Assembly: GCA_963706125.1 (NCBI GenBank)
Contig: CAVPLQ010000003.1
Span: forward strand, 151,571 to 215,570
From: an uncultured Flavobacteriales bacterium
Lineage (GTDB): Bacteria; Bacteroidota; Bacteroidia; Flavobacteriales_F; PHOS-HE28
DNA length: 64,000 bases
Direction of reading: 5' to 3'
Shown: positions 54,121 through 62,793 of the stretch, one piece after another
Layout of the letters: the number at the start of each line of letters is the position of its first letter
Numbering within the stretch: position 1 is the stretch's first letter
Notes under the pieces: generated by a model
Seen by the model: only the letters and a program-made list of their open reading frames with translations
What the model was told of the DNA's origin: nothing
The model's database searches: none
Position numbers and translations under genes: made by a program

Positions 54121-54846
54121 ATGGCCATTGGTCCTTGGATCAAAAACCTGCCCCAGAAGCAACGCACGCGATTGGCGAGATCGCTCGTGCTGGGCCTTTC
54201 GGTGGTCGCGGTTCTTTGGGGCTTGAAGGTGTACTACCTCCCTTCCCTCCGGTTAAAGCAGGCGGACCATGCCTTGGTCGAGCTAGCGGACAAGCACCTG
54301 TTGCAGGATGGCGACATCATCTTCCAAACCTCCCGATCGGCGCAAAGCCAGGCCATCCAGTTGGCCACACATTCGAAGTACAGCCACTGCGGCTTGATCT
54401 TTCGAGCGGGCACCGGCATGCCGGAATGGTATGTACTGGAAGCCGTTCAGCCAGTGAAGTGGACCCCGCTCGCCGGTTGGATCGCCCGCGGAGATGGCGG
54501 ACATTATGTGATCAAGCGACCACGTGTAGAGCCTCCGCTATCGGGTCAGGACTTACAGCGCGTGAAAACCGTCGGCGAGCGTTTCGTCGGAAAGGATTAT
54601 GACGTGTATTTCGGCTGGAGCGACAAGCGCATCTATTGCTCGGAGCTGATCTGGAAAGCCTACCGCACCGCCACCGGGCTGGAGATCGGAAAGCTGCAAA
54701 AGCTCCGCGAATTCGACCTGTCCGACCCCGTCGTCGCCAAAAAGCTCCGGGAACGTTATGGTGACAGACTTCCCTTGGAAGAGGAAGTGATCTCCCCGGC
54801 GAGCATCTTTGAGAGCCCGTTGCTTTCGACCATCGCGGAGGAATGA
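54121..54846 (+). CDS. YiiX/YebB-like permuted papain-fold (NlpC/P60 superfamily) protein with an N-terminal TM segment
   Basis: It begins DGDIIFQTSRSAQSQAIQLATHSKYSHCGLIF and has a C-terminal region YCSELIWKAY. Confidence 0.5.
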   Translation: MAIGPWIKNLPQKQRTRLARSLVLGLSVVAVLWGLKVYYLPSLRLKQADHALVELADKHLLQDGDIIFQTSRSAQSQAIQLATHSKYSHCGLIFRAGTGMPEWYVLEAVQPVKWTPLAGWIARGDGGHYVIKRPRVEPPLSGQDLQRVKTVGERFVGKDYDVYFGWSDKRIYCSELIWKAYRTATGLEIGKLQKLREFDLSDPVVAKKLRERYGDRLPLEEEVISPASIFESPLLSTIAEE

Positions 54847-54902
54847 GCAAAAGGCTTCCGAAACACGGGACTACATGAACGAGGGAGCAATTGAAGGAGC
54901 AC

Positions 54903-55853
54903 TCACCCTATCCACTGCTCCAGCGCTCGCTGGGCTCGCCCATTGATGTCCTCCGTATCCGCTGGCACGAACTGCTCTCCGGTGATCCGCTCATACAGTT
55001 CCACATAGCGCTCAGTGACGCTATGCACGAACGCATCGTCCATGGCAGGCAGCTGCTGGCCTTCCTTGCCCATGAAGTGGTTCGCGATCAGCCATTCGCG
55101 CACGAACTCCTTGCTCAATTGCTTCTGGCGTTCCCCTTTGGTTTGCCTTTCGGCATAGCCATCGAGGTGGAAGTAGCGTGAGCTGTCCGGCGTGTGGATC
55201 TCGTCGATCAGCAGGATGCGGCCATCCGGGGTGCGTCCGAACTCATATTTGGTGTCCACGAGGATCAGCCCACGTTCCTTGGCGATGCGGCTGCCTTCGG
55301 CGAACAAGGCCAAGGCATAGCGGCACATGGTCTCCCATTCTTCCGATGTGCAAAGGCCGCGCGCCAAGATCTCTTCCGGCGTGATGTCCTCGTCGTGACC
55401 CTCATCGGCCTTGGTGCTGGGCGTGATCAGCGGAGCGGGAAAGGCATCGTTCTCCTTCAGCCCTTCCGGCATTTCGGCACCGCAAAGCATGCGTTTCCCT
55501 TGCTGATAAGTGCGCCAGGCGTGGCCCACGAGGTAGCCGCGCACCACCATCTCCACCTTCACGGTCTCGCAGCGCAGGCCCACCACCACGTTCGGGTCCG
55601 GAGAGGCGATGGCCCAGTTGGGCGCGATGTGCGCCGTGGCTTGCAGCATGTTCCAGCTGAGCTGGCTGAGCACTTGCCCCTTGTGCGGAATGCCACGCGG
55701 CAACACCACGTCGAACGCGCTGATGCGGTCCGTGGCCACAAGAATCGTACGGCCGTCCTTCAGGTGGTACACGTCCCGCACTTTTCCGTGGTAGACTTCA
55801 GCGACACCCGGCAGGTCCAGGTCGGAACGCATGAGCGTGTTGGACAATTTCAT
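54903..55853 (-). CDS. purC: Phosphoribosylaminoimidazole-succinocarboxamide (SAICAR) synthase
   Basis: It contains YHGKVRDVY, ILVATDRISAFDV and LILVDTKYEFG. Confidence 0.85.
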   Translation of the reverse strand: MKLSNTLMRSDLDLPGVAEVYHGKVRDVYHLKDGRTILVATDRISAFDVVLPRGIPHKGQVLSQLSWNMLQATAHIAPNWAIASPDPNVVVGLRCETVKVEMVVRGYLVGHAWRTYQQGKRMLCGAEMPEGLKENDAFPAPLITPSTKADEGHDEDITPEEILARGLCTSEEWETMCRYALALFAEGSRIAKERGLILVDTKYEFGRTPDGRILLIDEIHTPDSSRYFHLDGYAERQTKGERQKQLSKEFVREWLIANHFMGKEGQQLPAMDDAFVHSVTERYVELYERITGEQFVPADTEDINGRAQRALEQWIG

Positions 55854-55927
55854 TGATCCGCGGATGCAAAGGATTAGCTGATAGCTCCGTTTAGAAAGAC
55901 ACCAATGATGCTTTCAGCTTTCCTGTT

Positions 55928-56905
55928 TCAACTTTCACCTTTCTTATTCGCCGGAGGGCGGTTCTCTTCAATATCCTTGAAAGCGGCGATCACACGGGTC
56001 ACCAGTTCGTGGCGGATCACATCCTTCTCGTCAAGGTCGATCACGGCCACGCCTTCCACGCCGCGCAGATGGTCCACGGCGGGCACCAGTCCCGAGCGCA
56101 CACGGTCCGGGAGGTCTACCTGGGTGGCATCGCCGGTGATGACGAATTTGGCATCGCGGCCCATACGGGTGAGGAACATCTTCATCTGCGGCAGGCTGGC
56201 GTTCTGGGCCTCGTCGAGGATCACGAAGGCATGGTCCAGCGTGCGGCCGCGCATGAAGGCGAGCGGGGCGATCTGGACCACGCCCATCTCCAGATATTCC
56301 ACCAGTTTTTGTGGTGGCACCATGTCCTTCAGCGCATCGTAGAGCGGCTGCAGATAGGGATCGAGCTTTTCCCGCAGGTCCCCTGGCAGGAAACCGAGGT
56401 TCTCCCCCGCCTCCACGGCCGGACGGGTGAGAATGATCCGCCTAACCTGCTTCTCCTTCAACGCCCGGACTGCCAATGCAACAGCTGTGTAGGTCTTGCC
56501 GGTACCCGCAGGTCCCACGGCGAAAAGCATGTCATGGGTAGCGATGGCATCCACCATCCGCTGCTGGTTGCGGGTGCGCGCTTTCACCCGGAGGCCCGAG
56601 TTGCCGTGGACGATCACATCATTCCCATCGCCGCCTTCCTCGGCCTCGCCGTCGCCACTGCCCATGATCTCATCCAGCACCTTTCGCGGGATCTCATTGT
56701 ACTTGGCCACGTGGCGCTGTAGCTGCTCGAAGCGTTCAAGGAACACATCGACCTGCTCGCCGGGCCCGATCACCTTCAGTTCATCGCCGCGGGCGACGAG
56801 GTTCAATTTGGGAAAGTGTTCCCGGATGGCCCGCAGGTTCTGGTCGTTGGGGCCGAACACCGCCATGGGCTCCACGGCGGTGATGTGGATAGTGCGTTCG
56901 CTCAA
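55928..56905 (-). CDS. phoH: PhoH-like ATPase. The start is ambiguous: TTG 56905 is preferred, with ATG 56998 or ATG 56866 as alternatives.
   Basis: It contains LFAVGPAGTGKTYTAVALAV (Walker A) and VILDEAQN (Walker B). The ATG at 56998 would leave only 3 bp to the divergent start at 57002. Confidence 0.65.
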   Translation of the reverse strand: MSERTIHITAVEPMAVFGPNDQNLRAIREHFPKLNLVARGDELKVIGPGEQVDVFLERFEQLQRHVAKYNEIPRKVLDEIMGSGDGEAEEGGDGNDVIVHGNSGLRVKARTRNQQRMVDAIATHDMLFAVGPAGTGKTYTAVALAVRALKEKQVRRIILTRPAVEAGENLGFLPGDLREKLDPYLQPLYDALKDMVPPQKLVEYLEMGVVQIAPLAFMRGRTLDHAFVILDEAQNASLPQMKMFLTRMGRDAKFVITGDATQVDLPDRVRSGLVPAVDHLRGVEGVAVIDLDEKDVIRHELVTRVIAAFKDIEENRPPANKKGES

Positions 56906-57001
56906 AGGAATGGATGGATTGAAACTGCTTTCCGCCTGATCGCTCAAGGCGGTTAAATTTGACCGGTCGAAGGTAATCCGACGACGCGTTCCCCACATTA
57001 A

Positions 57002-57826
57002 ATGGCCATTATCACCCTCACCTCGGACATGGGCACGCGCGACCATTACGTCGCAGCTGTGAAAGGGGCTATTCTCACGCAGTACAACGAGGCCGTGGTC
57101 GTGGACATCAGCCATTCCATCGCGCCGTTCAATAACATGCACGCGTCCTTCGTGCTGCGCAATGCGTGGCCGGAATTCCCCAAGGGCACGGTACACATCA
57201 TCGGCGTGAACCCCGAGGCCGACGGACAGACCCCGCACGTGGTGGTACGCCATGGCGGCCATTATTTCATCGGTGCGGACAATGGCATTTTCTCGCTGCT
57301 CTTCGACAAAAAGCCGGAGGAGATCTATGAGCTGACCATGAAATTGGACACCGACCATCTGGCCTTCCCCACGAAGAACATCTTTGTGAAGGCGGCCTGC
57401 CACATTGCGCGGGGCGGGACCATCGAGGTGCTGGGCCGCAAGGTGAACACGGTGCGCGAGCAGCTCAATGTGCGCCCGGTGGTAATGGACGACACCATCA
57501 AGGGCGAAGTGATCCACATCGATCACTACGGCAACGTGGTCACCAACATCACCAAGGCGCTGTTCGCCTCCGTAGTGAAGCACCGCGACTTCAAGATCTC
57601 CTTCGGGCGGCCCATGCACGATATACGCCAGATCCACAAGACCTATTCCAACGTGCCCCATGGTGAACGCGTTGCCTTCTTCGGCGATTCCGGCTACTTG
57701 GAGATCGCGCTGAACAAAGGCGTGGCCGGTGCCGGTGGTGGTGCCGCCCAGCTCCTCGGGTTGCATGTCACCGATGTGGTGCGGCTTGAGCTGGAAGCCG
57801 TGGCACGAACCGTTGCCCGCGCATGA
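57002..57826 (+). CDS. DUF62-family SAM hydroxide adenosyltransferase-like protein, the family that also includes fluorinase and chlorinase
   Basis: It begins MAIITLTSDMGTRDHYVAAVKGAIL and continues VVDISHSIAPFN...GTVHIIGVNPEAD. Confidence 0.65.
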   Translation: MAIITLTSDMGTRDHYVAAVKGAILTQYNEAVVVDISHSIAPFNNMHASFVLRNAWPEFPKGTVHIIGVNPEADGQTPHVVVRHGGHYFIGADNGIFSLLFDKKPEEIYELTMKLDTDHLAFPTKNIFVKAACHIARGGTIEVLGRKVNTVREQLNVRPVVMDDTIKGEVIHIDHYGNVVTNITKALFASVVKHRDFKISFGRPMHDIRQIHKTYSNVPHGERVAFFGDSGYLEIALNKGVAGAGGGAAQLLGLHVTDVVRLELEAVARTVARA

Positions 57827-58155
57827 TCGTCCGGCTGGTGAAAATGACCTTCCGGACCGAGGAGGTGGCGCGCTTTCAAGAACTCTTCGAGGGATGGCGG
57901 CACCGGATCATCGCATTTCCAGGCTGCAAAAGGCTGGAACTGTTGCATGATATCGCCGAGCCGGGCATCTTCTTCACCCAGAGTGAATGGGATACGGCGG
58001 AAGACCTGGAGGCCTATCGCAACTCGGCGGTCTTCGCGGACGTTTGGCCGGTGGTGAAAGGGCTTTTCGCGGCCCGTGCCGAGGCATGGTCCTTGCACCG
58101 GGAGCACAGCATGAACACTGCAAACACCGGTGAACCGGGAACCACCATCGCATGA
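57823..58155 (+). CDS. ABM-family (antibiotic biosynthesis monooxygenase-like) protein
   Basis: About 110 aa. Its ATGA start overlaps the upstream gene. It has an ABM-like ferredoxin-fold pattern. Confidence 0.45.
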   Translation: MIVRLVKMTFRTEEVARFQELFEGWRHRIIAFPGCKRLELLHDIAEPGIFFTQSEWDTAEDLEAYRNSAVFADVWPVVKGLFAARAEAWSLHREHSMNTANTGEPGTTIA

Positions 58156-59027
58156 AGATCCTTACCGCCCTGCTCTTCTCCCTGTCCGTGATCCCCGCCT
58201 TCGCACAGTCGGATGCGGAGACCCACATGAGGGCCGCAACGGCCGCATACGATGCCGGGAAATTGGACAGTGCCTTGGCGGAGGTGGACCGGGCCATCGC
58301 CTTCGACCCCGCATTAGCCAAGGCCTTCAAGCTCCGCGGCGACATCCATCAGCACAAGCGGAAATATGATGCGGCGATGGACGACTACAAAGCCTCGGAG
58401 AAGTTGGATGACACCGACCCGCGCCTCTACGTGAGCCGCAGCGCCCTGCGCATCACGGACGGCAACTACAAGGCCGGGCTTCGCGATGCGGACAAGGCCC
58501 TGGAACTGGACCCGAATGATGCCGATGCTTGGTACAACCGGGGTTGGGCGCTTTTCAAAGGCAACGATGAGGATGCCGCGCTGAAGAGCGTGCGCAAGGC
58601 GCTGGACTTCCAACCGCAATTCCCGGAGGCGCTCTACCTCTCCGGCGTGATCAAAGGCGCCCGGTACGACGAGAAGGAAGGCGTGGATGAGATCGCGGAG
58701 GCGTTGGCCATGAAGCCCTCCATCCCCGGCGGCCTGATGAGCTTGGCCGTGCTGCTGTACGAGGACAAGCGCTACGAGGATGCTATTCCGAAATTCACCG
58801 AGGTGATCGCCAACGACACCACCGAGCTGGCCGGCGCCTATTACTACCGCGCCGACAGCTACTACAACATCGGCGACAAGGACAACGCCTGCTTGGACTG
58901 GAACAAGAGCATGCGCTTGGGCGACAAGGACGCGGCGTTCATCAAGCGGAACTATTGCGACACGGACGCCAAGAAGATCCCCAAGAAGCCCAAGCGGTTG
59001 CCGCGGAAGACGACCATCGAGTTCTGA
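58152..59027 (+). CDS. TPR-repeat protein with a signal peptide
   Basis: Signal peptide MKILTALLFSLSVIPAFAQ. Repeated TPR motifs read AxxxYNRGxALxxxxxxxxAxxDxxKALELDP. Confidence 0.65.
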   Translation: MKILTALLFSLSVIPAFAQSDAETHMRAATAAYDAGKLDSALAEVDRAIAFDPALAKAFKLRGDIHQHKRKYDAAMDDYKASEKLDDTDPRLYVSRSALRITDGNYKAGLRDADKALELDPNDADAWYNRGWALFKGNDEDAALKSVRKALDFQPQFPEALYLSGVIKGARYDEKEGVDEIAEALAMKPSIPGGLMSLAVLLYEDKRYEDAIPKFTEVIANDTTELAGAYYYRADSYYNIGDKDNACLDWNKSMRLGDKDAAFIKRNYCDTDAKKIPKKPKRLPRKTTIEF

Positions 59028-59200
59028 GCATTCCCTGACTGGAGGCTGTATTGGAGATGATCGCTCCTGTTTTCCCCATCGTCGTTGGCTCATAACTAAC
59101 GGAACCAAAATCGGGTGAATAACTAATTGCCAGACCATAAGCGAATGAGGCGGAGCTGTTCTTACATTAGCTGCCCAACCAATCCCCACCCTCAGATGTA

Positions 59201-59241
59201 CCAAACGCCAAACGCAAACGCCAAACGCCAAACGCCAAACG
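59201..59241. repeat. Heptanucleotide simple-sequence repeat, (CCAAACG) in six units with one unit 6 nt long, lying 34 bp upstream of the lipoprotein gene start
   Basis: ccaaacgccaaacgcaaacgccaaacgccaaacgccaaacgcgc. Confidence 0.7.
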
Positions 59242-59274
59242 CGCATAGCGCTTAAGCAAGCAGGCCTTTTCACC

Positions 59275-60258
59275 ATGCTGCTATGTGGCCTGTCGGCCTG
59301 CCAAAAAGAAGAGACCACTTTGCCTTCAAGCGGCGGGACCACGATCGCGGACGTAACACCACGGGTAAAAGGTTTTGTAGCGCAAGCCACGCACCGCAGC
59401 CACGACCGTGACGATGCGACCATAAGCTCGGACAGTGCTGTTTGGTATTTGGAAGCCGGTATCAACTACAGTACCGCACAGATCTGGATCGACCATTCCG
59501 AAACTACGACCGACACCTTGGTCCTTCCTTTCGACTTCAGTTCGGGAATTGTTTCTGAAGGCACTTTGTTCGATGCCTATGCCCAACTCGAGCAAGCGGT
59601 AGCGCCCCTCACCACCAGCGCACAAAACCTCCTGTTCGTGGATGTGGTCGAAACCCCTGAAGCGCTCAGTACCGGTCAGCTCATCGTGGTCTGTCAAATA
59701 GGAAGCGGGTACGACCGCAGCTACAACAATCCTCCGAGTACGTACTATCCCACAGGTTACTCCTGCTCGTGGGACAATTCACAACAACCAAGCATGCCCT
59801 GCAACCAGATCAGCGCCGATGAGGTGATCCAGTTCAGGATCAATTATGCGAACGCAGCCATTTTCATGTATGGCGATTACACCTATAGCGTGGAGTCATG
59901 GACGGTGTCACACATCCCCACCAACACTTCCGCCAAGAATTTCTATTGGAAGGATTCCTACATTGCCAGTAGCACCCCGAACAACAACGGTGTCCATGAA
60001 ACACTGTTCTTTTCAGCTAAAATGGTGAGTCCGGCCACGTACAATTGCTTGGACGATACGGAAATGGCCTATTGGACGGGCAACGCCACCACCAATGGCA
60101 CATGGAGGGGCATTACCAAGATCCGACAAGGGTATTGCCCAAGTAAAATTTTCTTTAGCTGTACTATAAACGGTGCGGTGTTGGGGTATGGCGGTGCAAC
60201 CTATGGCCTGCATGCTTCACAAATGAGTTTTGGCCTCATCGGGCACACCCGTAACTAG
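59275..60258 (+). CDS. Hypothetical lipoprotein
   Basis: Lipobox LLCGLSAC. Ser/Thr/Asn-rich. No recognisable family. Confidence 0.45.
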   Translation: MLLCGLSACQKEETTLPSSGGTTIADVTPRVKGFVAQATHRSHDRDDATISSDSAVWYLEAGINYSTAQIWIDHSETTTDTLVLPFDFSSGIVSEGTLFDAYAQLEQAVAPLTTSAQNLLFVDVVETPEALSTGQLIVVCQIGSGYDRSYNNPPSTYYPTGYSCSWDNSQQPSMPCNQISADEVIQFRINYANAAIFMYGDYTYSVESWTVSHIPTNTSAKNFYWKDSYIASSTPNNNGVHETLFFSAKMVSPATYNCLDDTEMAYWTGNATTNGTWRGITKIRQGYCPSKIFFSCTINGAVLGYGGATYGLHASQMSFGLIGHTRN

Positions 60259-60268
60259 GGGATTTCCG

Positions 60269-61788
60269 ATGCGCAGGCTTTTCCTGTTATGGATTTTCGG
60301 TTTGTTGCTCACCGTTAGCGCTCACTGCCAACCGGTCTGGGAAGTGACAATAAACCCAAACGGCGAATACGGGCTCGTGATCAGCTGCTCTTTTCAACAG
60401 TGAAGGCCGTCTGTTCATTTCCCTGGATGAATTTGGTCCACCCTATCTTCCTGGGCGCATTTGCGAGATCTCAAGCGAGAATGGGACCGTGCTCGCTTCG
60501 AACTCCATTGCACTGCCTGATCGCATAAGCCCATACGTCCTTCTTCTCGGCGAGAACGGGGACGGCGACCTGCTTGCCTTTTCTCCAGGATACATCCAAG
60601 ATCCCGGTGACGGCGATTCCGCGCGCATGGTTTTTTGGCGCTATAGTACCGATCTGGAACAATTGGACGCGAGATTGATCGGCAAGCCCGGCAAGGACAT
60701 TAGTTTAAATGCGGGTTTCATCGGACCCGACAGCACGATCCGGATGGTCTACACAACCGATGATTGGGCAGGCAATATGCACCAATTGGAAGCCCTGAAG
60801 CTCAGTCTGAACGGAGACTCGATCACCGGAAGCCAGCTTTACAACGGGATGAGCCAAGGGGCTGTAACTTCCTTGGCCATGCATCCCAATGGACAAATGG
60901 TGATGGGTTCGGCCTACGCGGACTGGGGTTATGTTCCCACCTCCGGAGGTAACGCCACCTATTTGGAAGAGGATTTCAGCATCGACAGCACCTATTATCT
61001 GGAGCCTGTGGACCTGAACAACCCATCCCCTTTATTCGATGCTCCACAACATCCGATCCAAGTGCTCCCGTTGCAAAGCGGTAACTCTATTAATCTCCGG
61101 CCAGTTCTGGCGGGATTTCGGGGAGAACCACCGCGCAGTGATCCAACGGACCGATGCGCAAGCCCATGTGATCAACCAATACGTTCACGACAGCCCATGG
61201 GACGAGGACAACCCAGCCATTACCAAGGCCATGGACATAGCGGGCGACGGGACCCTGTACTACGCCCAGATGAACAACTGGAACGGAAATGCCTATGTCT
61301 ACAGCAATTCCCCCTCCCAAGTGGAGGTCACGCATCTGGACACCTCGCTGAACGTACTGGGGCGCTATGTTTTCGATGGATCTGCTGACAGTGTGGTTTA
61401 CCTGCCTTTTTATGTGCTCTCCACGCCGGATGGGGGCGTGCTGGTGATGGGCATGAAGCACGAGCTTTCCATCCCCGGCGCCCCCGCCAAGGCATGGATC
61501 GCCAAGCTCGGCCCGGAAAACTTTACCGCGATACGGGAAGATCACGACCTGGTACTGAAACTCTATCCCAATCCAGGCAGGGACGGTTTCAACCTGAACC
61601 TGAAGGAGCGCGTGGAGCAAGGGCGGATCCAATTGCACGACATGCAAGGGCAGGTGCTTCTGGACCGGGCGTTGGACGGTATCAATGTGCGGGTGCCCAC
61701 GCCCAACTTGGCTGCAGGACTGTATGCCGTCACCATCCGCGACCGCAATGGAAAAATCCTCCAAAGCCTGCGTTGGGCAAAGGAGTGA
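60269..61788 (+). pseudogene. T9SS cargo protein (hypothetical, with a Por_Secre_tail C-terminal domain) disrupted by two frameshifts, near 60381-60403 and 61090-61140
   Basis: The signal-peptide ORF MRRLFLLWIFGLLLTVSAHCQ... ends at TGA 60401-60403. The protein continues in the +1 frame (ORF 60489-61388), and its C-terminal part is in another frame (ORF 61039-61788). That part ends LKLYPNPGRDGFNLNL...GLYAVTIRDRNGK...WAKE. Confidence 0.5.
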
Positions 61789-62067
61789 GGAAGCTTTTCC
61801 GACGGGTCGATCTCCGCTCCAAGCGAGTGCGCCTCAGGTCCGCACGACTTTTCCTTGGCTGATCTTTGGCGCGGGAGTTTGGCGAGCGTGGACGAGTGTC
61901 AGATTCTGTAAATCCCGTAATCCTGTCCCTAATGATCATGTCTCCCGTCCTAAACTATTCCAACACGGTCCGCCGTTCCTCGGAAAGCCCGGGATCCGCA
62001 TGAAGGCCGCATTACCTTCGGCCCCTTCATCCCCCGCCCTGTTCAGGTCCGTGGGTGACAAAGGAGC

Positions 62068-62793
62068 ATGCGCGCACTGATCGGTAAGGAGATAAATGGC
62101 TTTCTGGGTTCACTGATCGGCCACATCGTCATCGTGGTCTTTTTGCTGCTCACCGGCCTTTTCGTTTGGGTATTTCCGGACAATGTGCTGGACAAGGGCT
62201 ACGCGGACCTCGGCACCCTCTTCTACATCGCCCCGTGGGTCTTCCTCTTTCTCGTGCCGGCCGTCACCATGCGCAGCTTCAGCGAGGAGCGCCGCACGGG
62301 CACCATCGAACTGCTGTTGACCAAGCCGATCACGGAGATGCAGCTGGTGCTGGCGAAATATCTCGCCGCCGTGGTGCTGGTGCTCTTGGCGTTGATCCCG
62401 ACATTGGTCTACTGGTACAGCATCGGCAATTTGGCCATGCCCGCTTGGAACATCGACAGCGGTGGGATCTGGGGCAGTTACATCGGCCTGTTCTTCCTCG
62501 CCTCCACCTTCACGGCCATCGGCATCTTCGCCAGCTCGCTCACGGAAAGCCAGATCGTGGCCTTCCTGGTTGCCGTCTTCCTCTGCTTCATCATCCATGT
62601 GGGCTTTGAGCTGATGGCGGACTTCAGCGTGATGGGCGCCTTGGAAGGGCCGATCAAGAACCTCGGGATCCAGCAGCACTATGACAGCATGAGCCGCGGG
62701 GTGATCGACCTCCGGGACGTGCTGTACTTCCTCGGCGTGGACGTGATCTTCCTGTTGGCCACCCGCACCGTGATCCAAAGCCGCACATGGTGA
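62068..62793 (+). CDS. gldF: Gliding-motility ABC transporter permease GldF
   Basis: 241 aa, six TM helices, typical GldF sequence. It is followed by gldG. Confidence 0.7.
   Translation: MRALIGKEINGFLGSLIGHIVIVVFLLLTGLFVWVFPDNVLDKGYADLGTLFYIAPWVFLFLVPAVTMRSFSEERRTGTIELLLTKPITEMQLVLAKYLAAVVLVLLALIPTLVYWYSIGNLAMPAWNIDSGGIWGSYIGLFFLASTFTAIGIFASSLTESQIVAFLVAVFLCFIIHVGFELMADFSVMGALEGPIKNLGIQQHYDSMSRGVIDLRDVLYFLGVDVIFLLATRTVIQSRTW

Noticed and set aside
55194-55856. A + strand ORF of 220 aa opposite purC
   Set aside because: It is the antisense of the strongly conserved purC.
56998-57766. A long N-terminal extension of the PhoH-like ORF (start at 57766, minus strand)
   Set aside because: It overlaps the DUF62 gene on the opposite strand. 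PhoH homologues begin near the RTIHI... sequence, so the ORF was trimmed to the TTG at 56905 (alternative ATG at 56998).
59028-59200. A possible terminator or ncRNA after the TPR gene (GGAGATGATCGCTCC near 59060-59090)
   Set aside because: The stem is short and imperfect and no clear U-tract follows. The evidence is insufficient.
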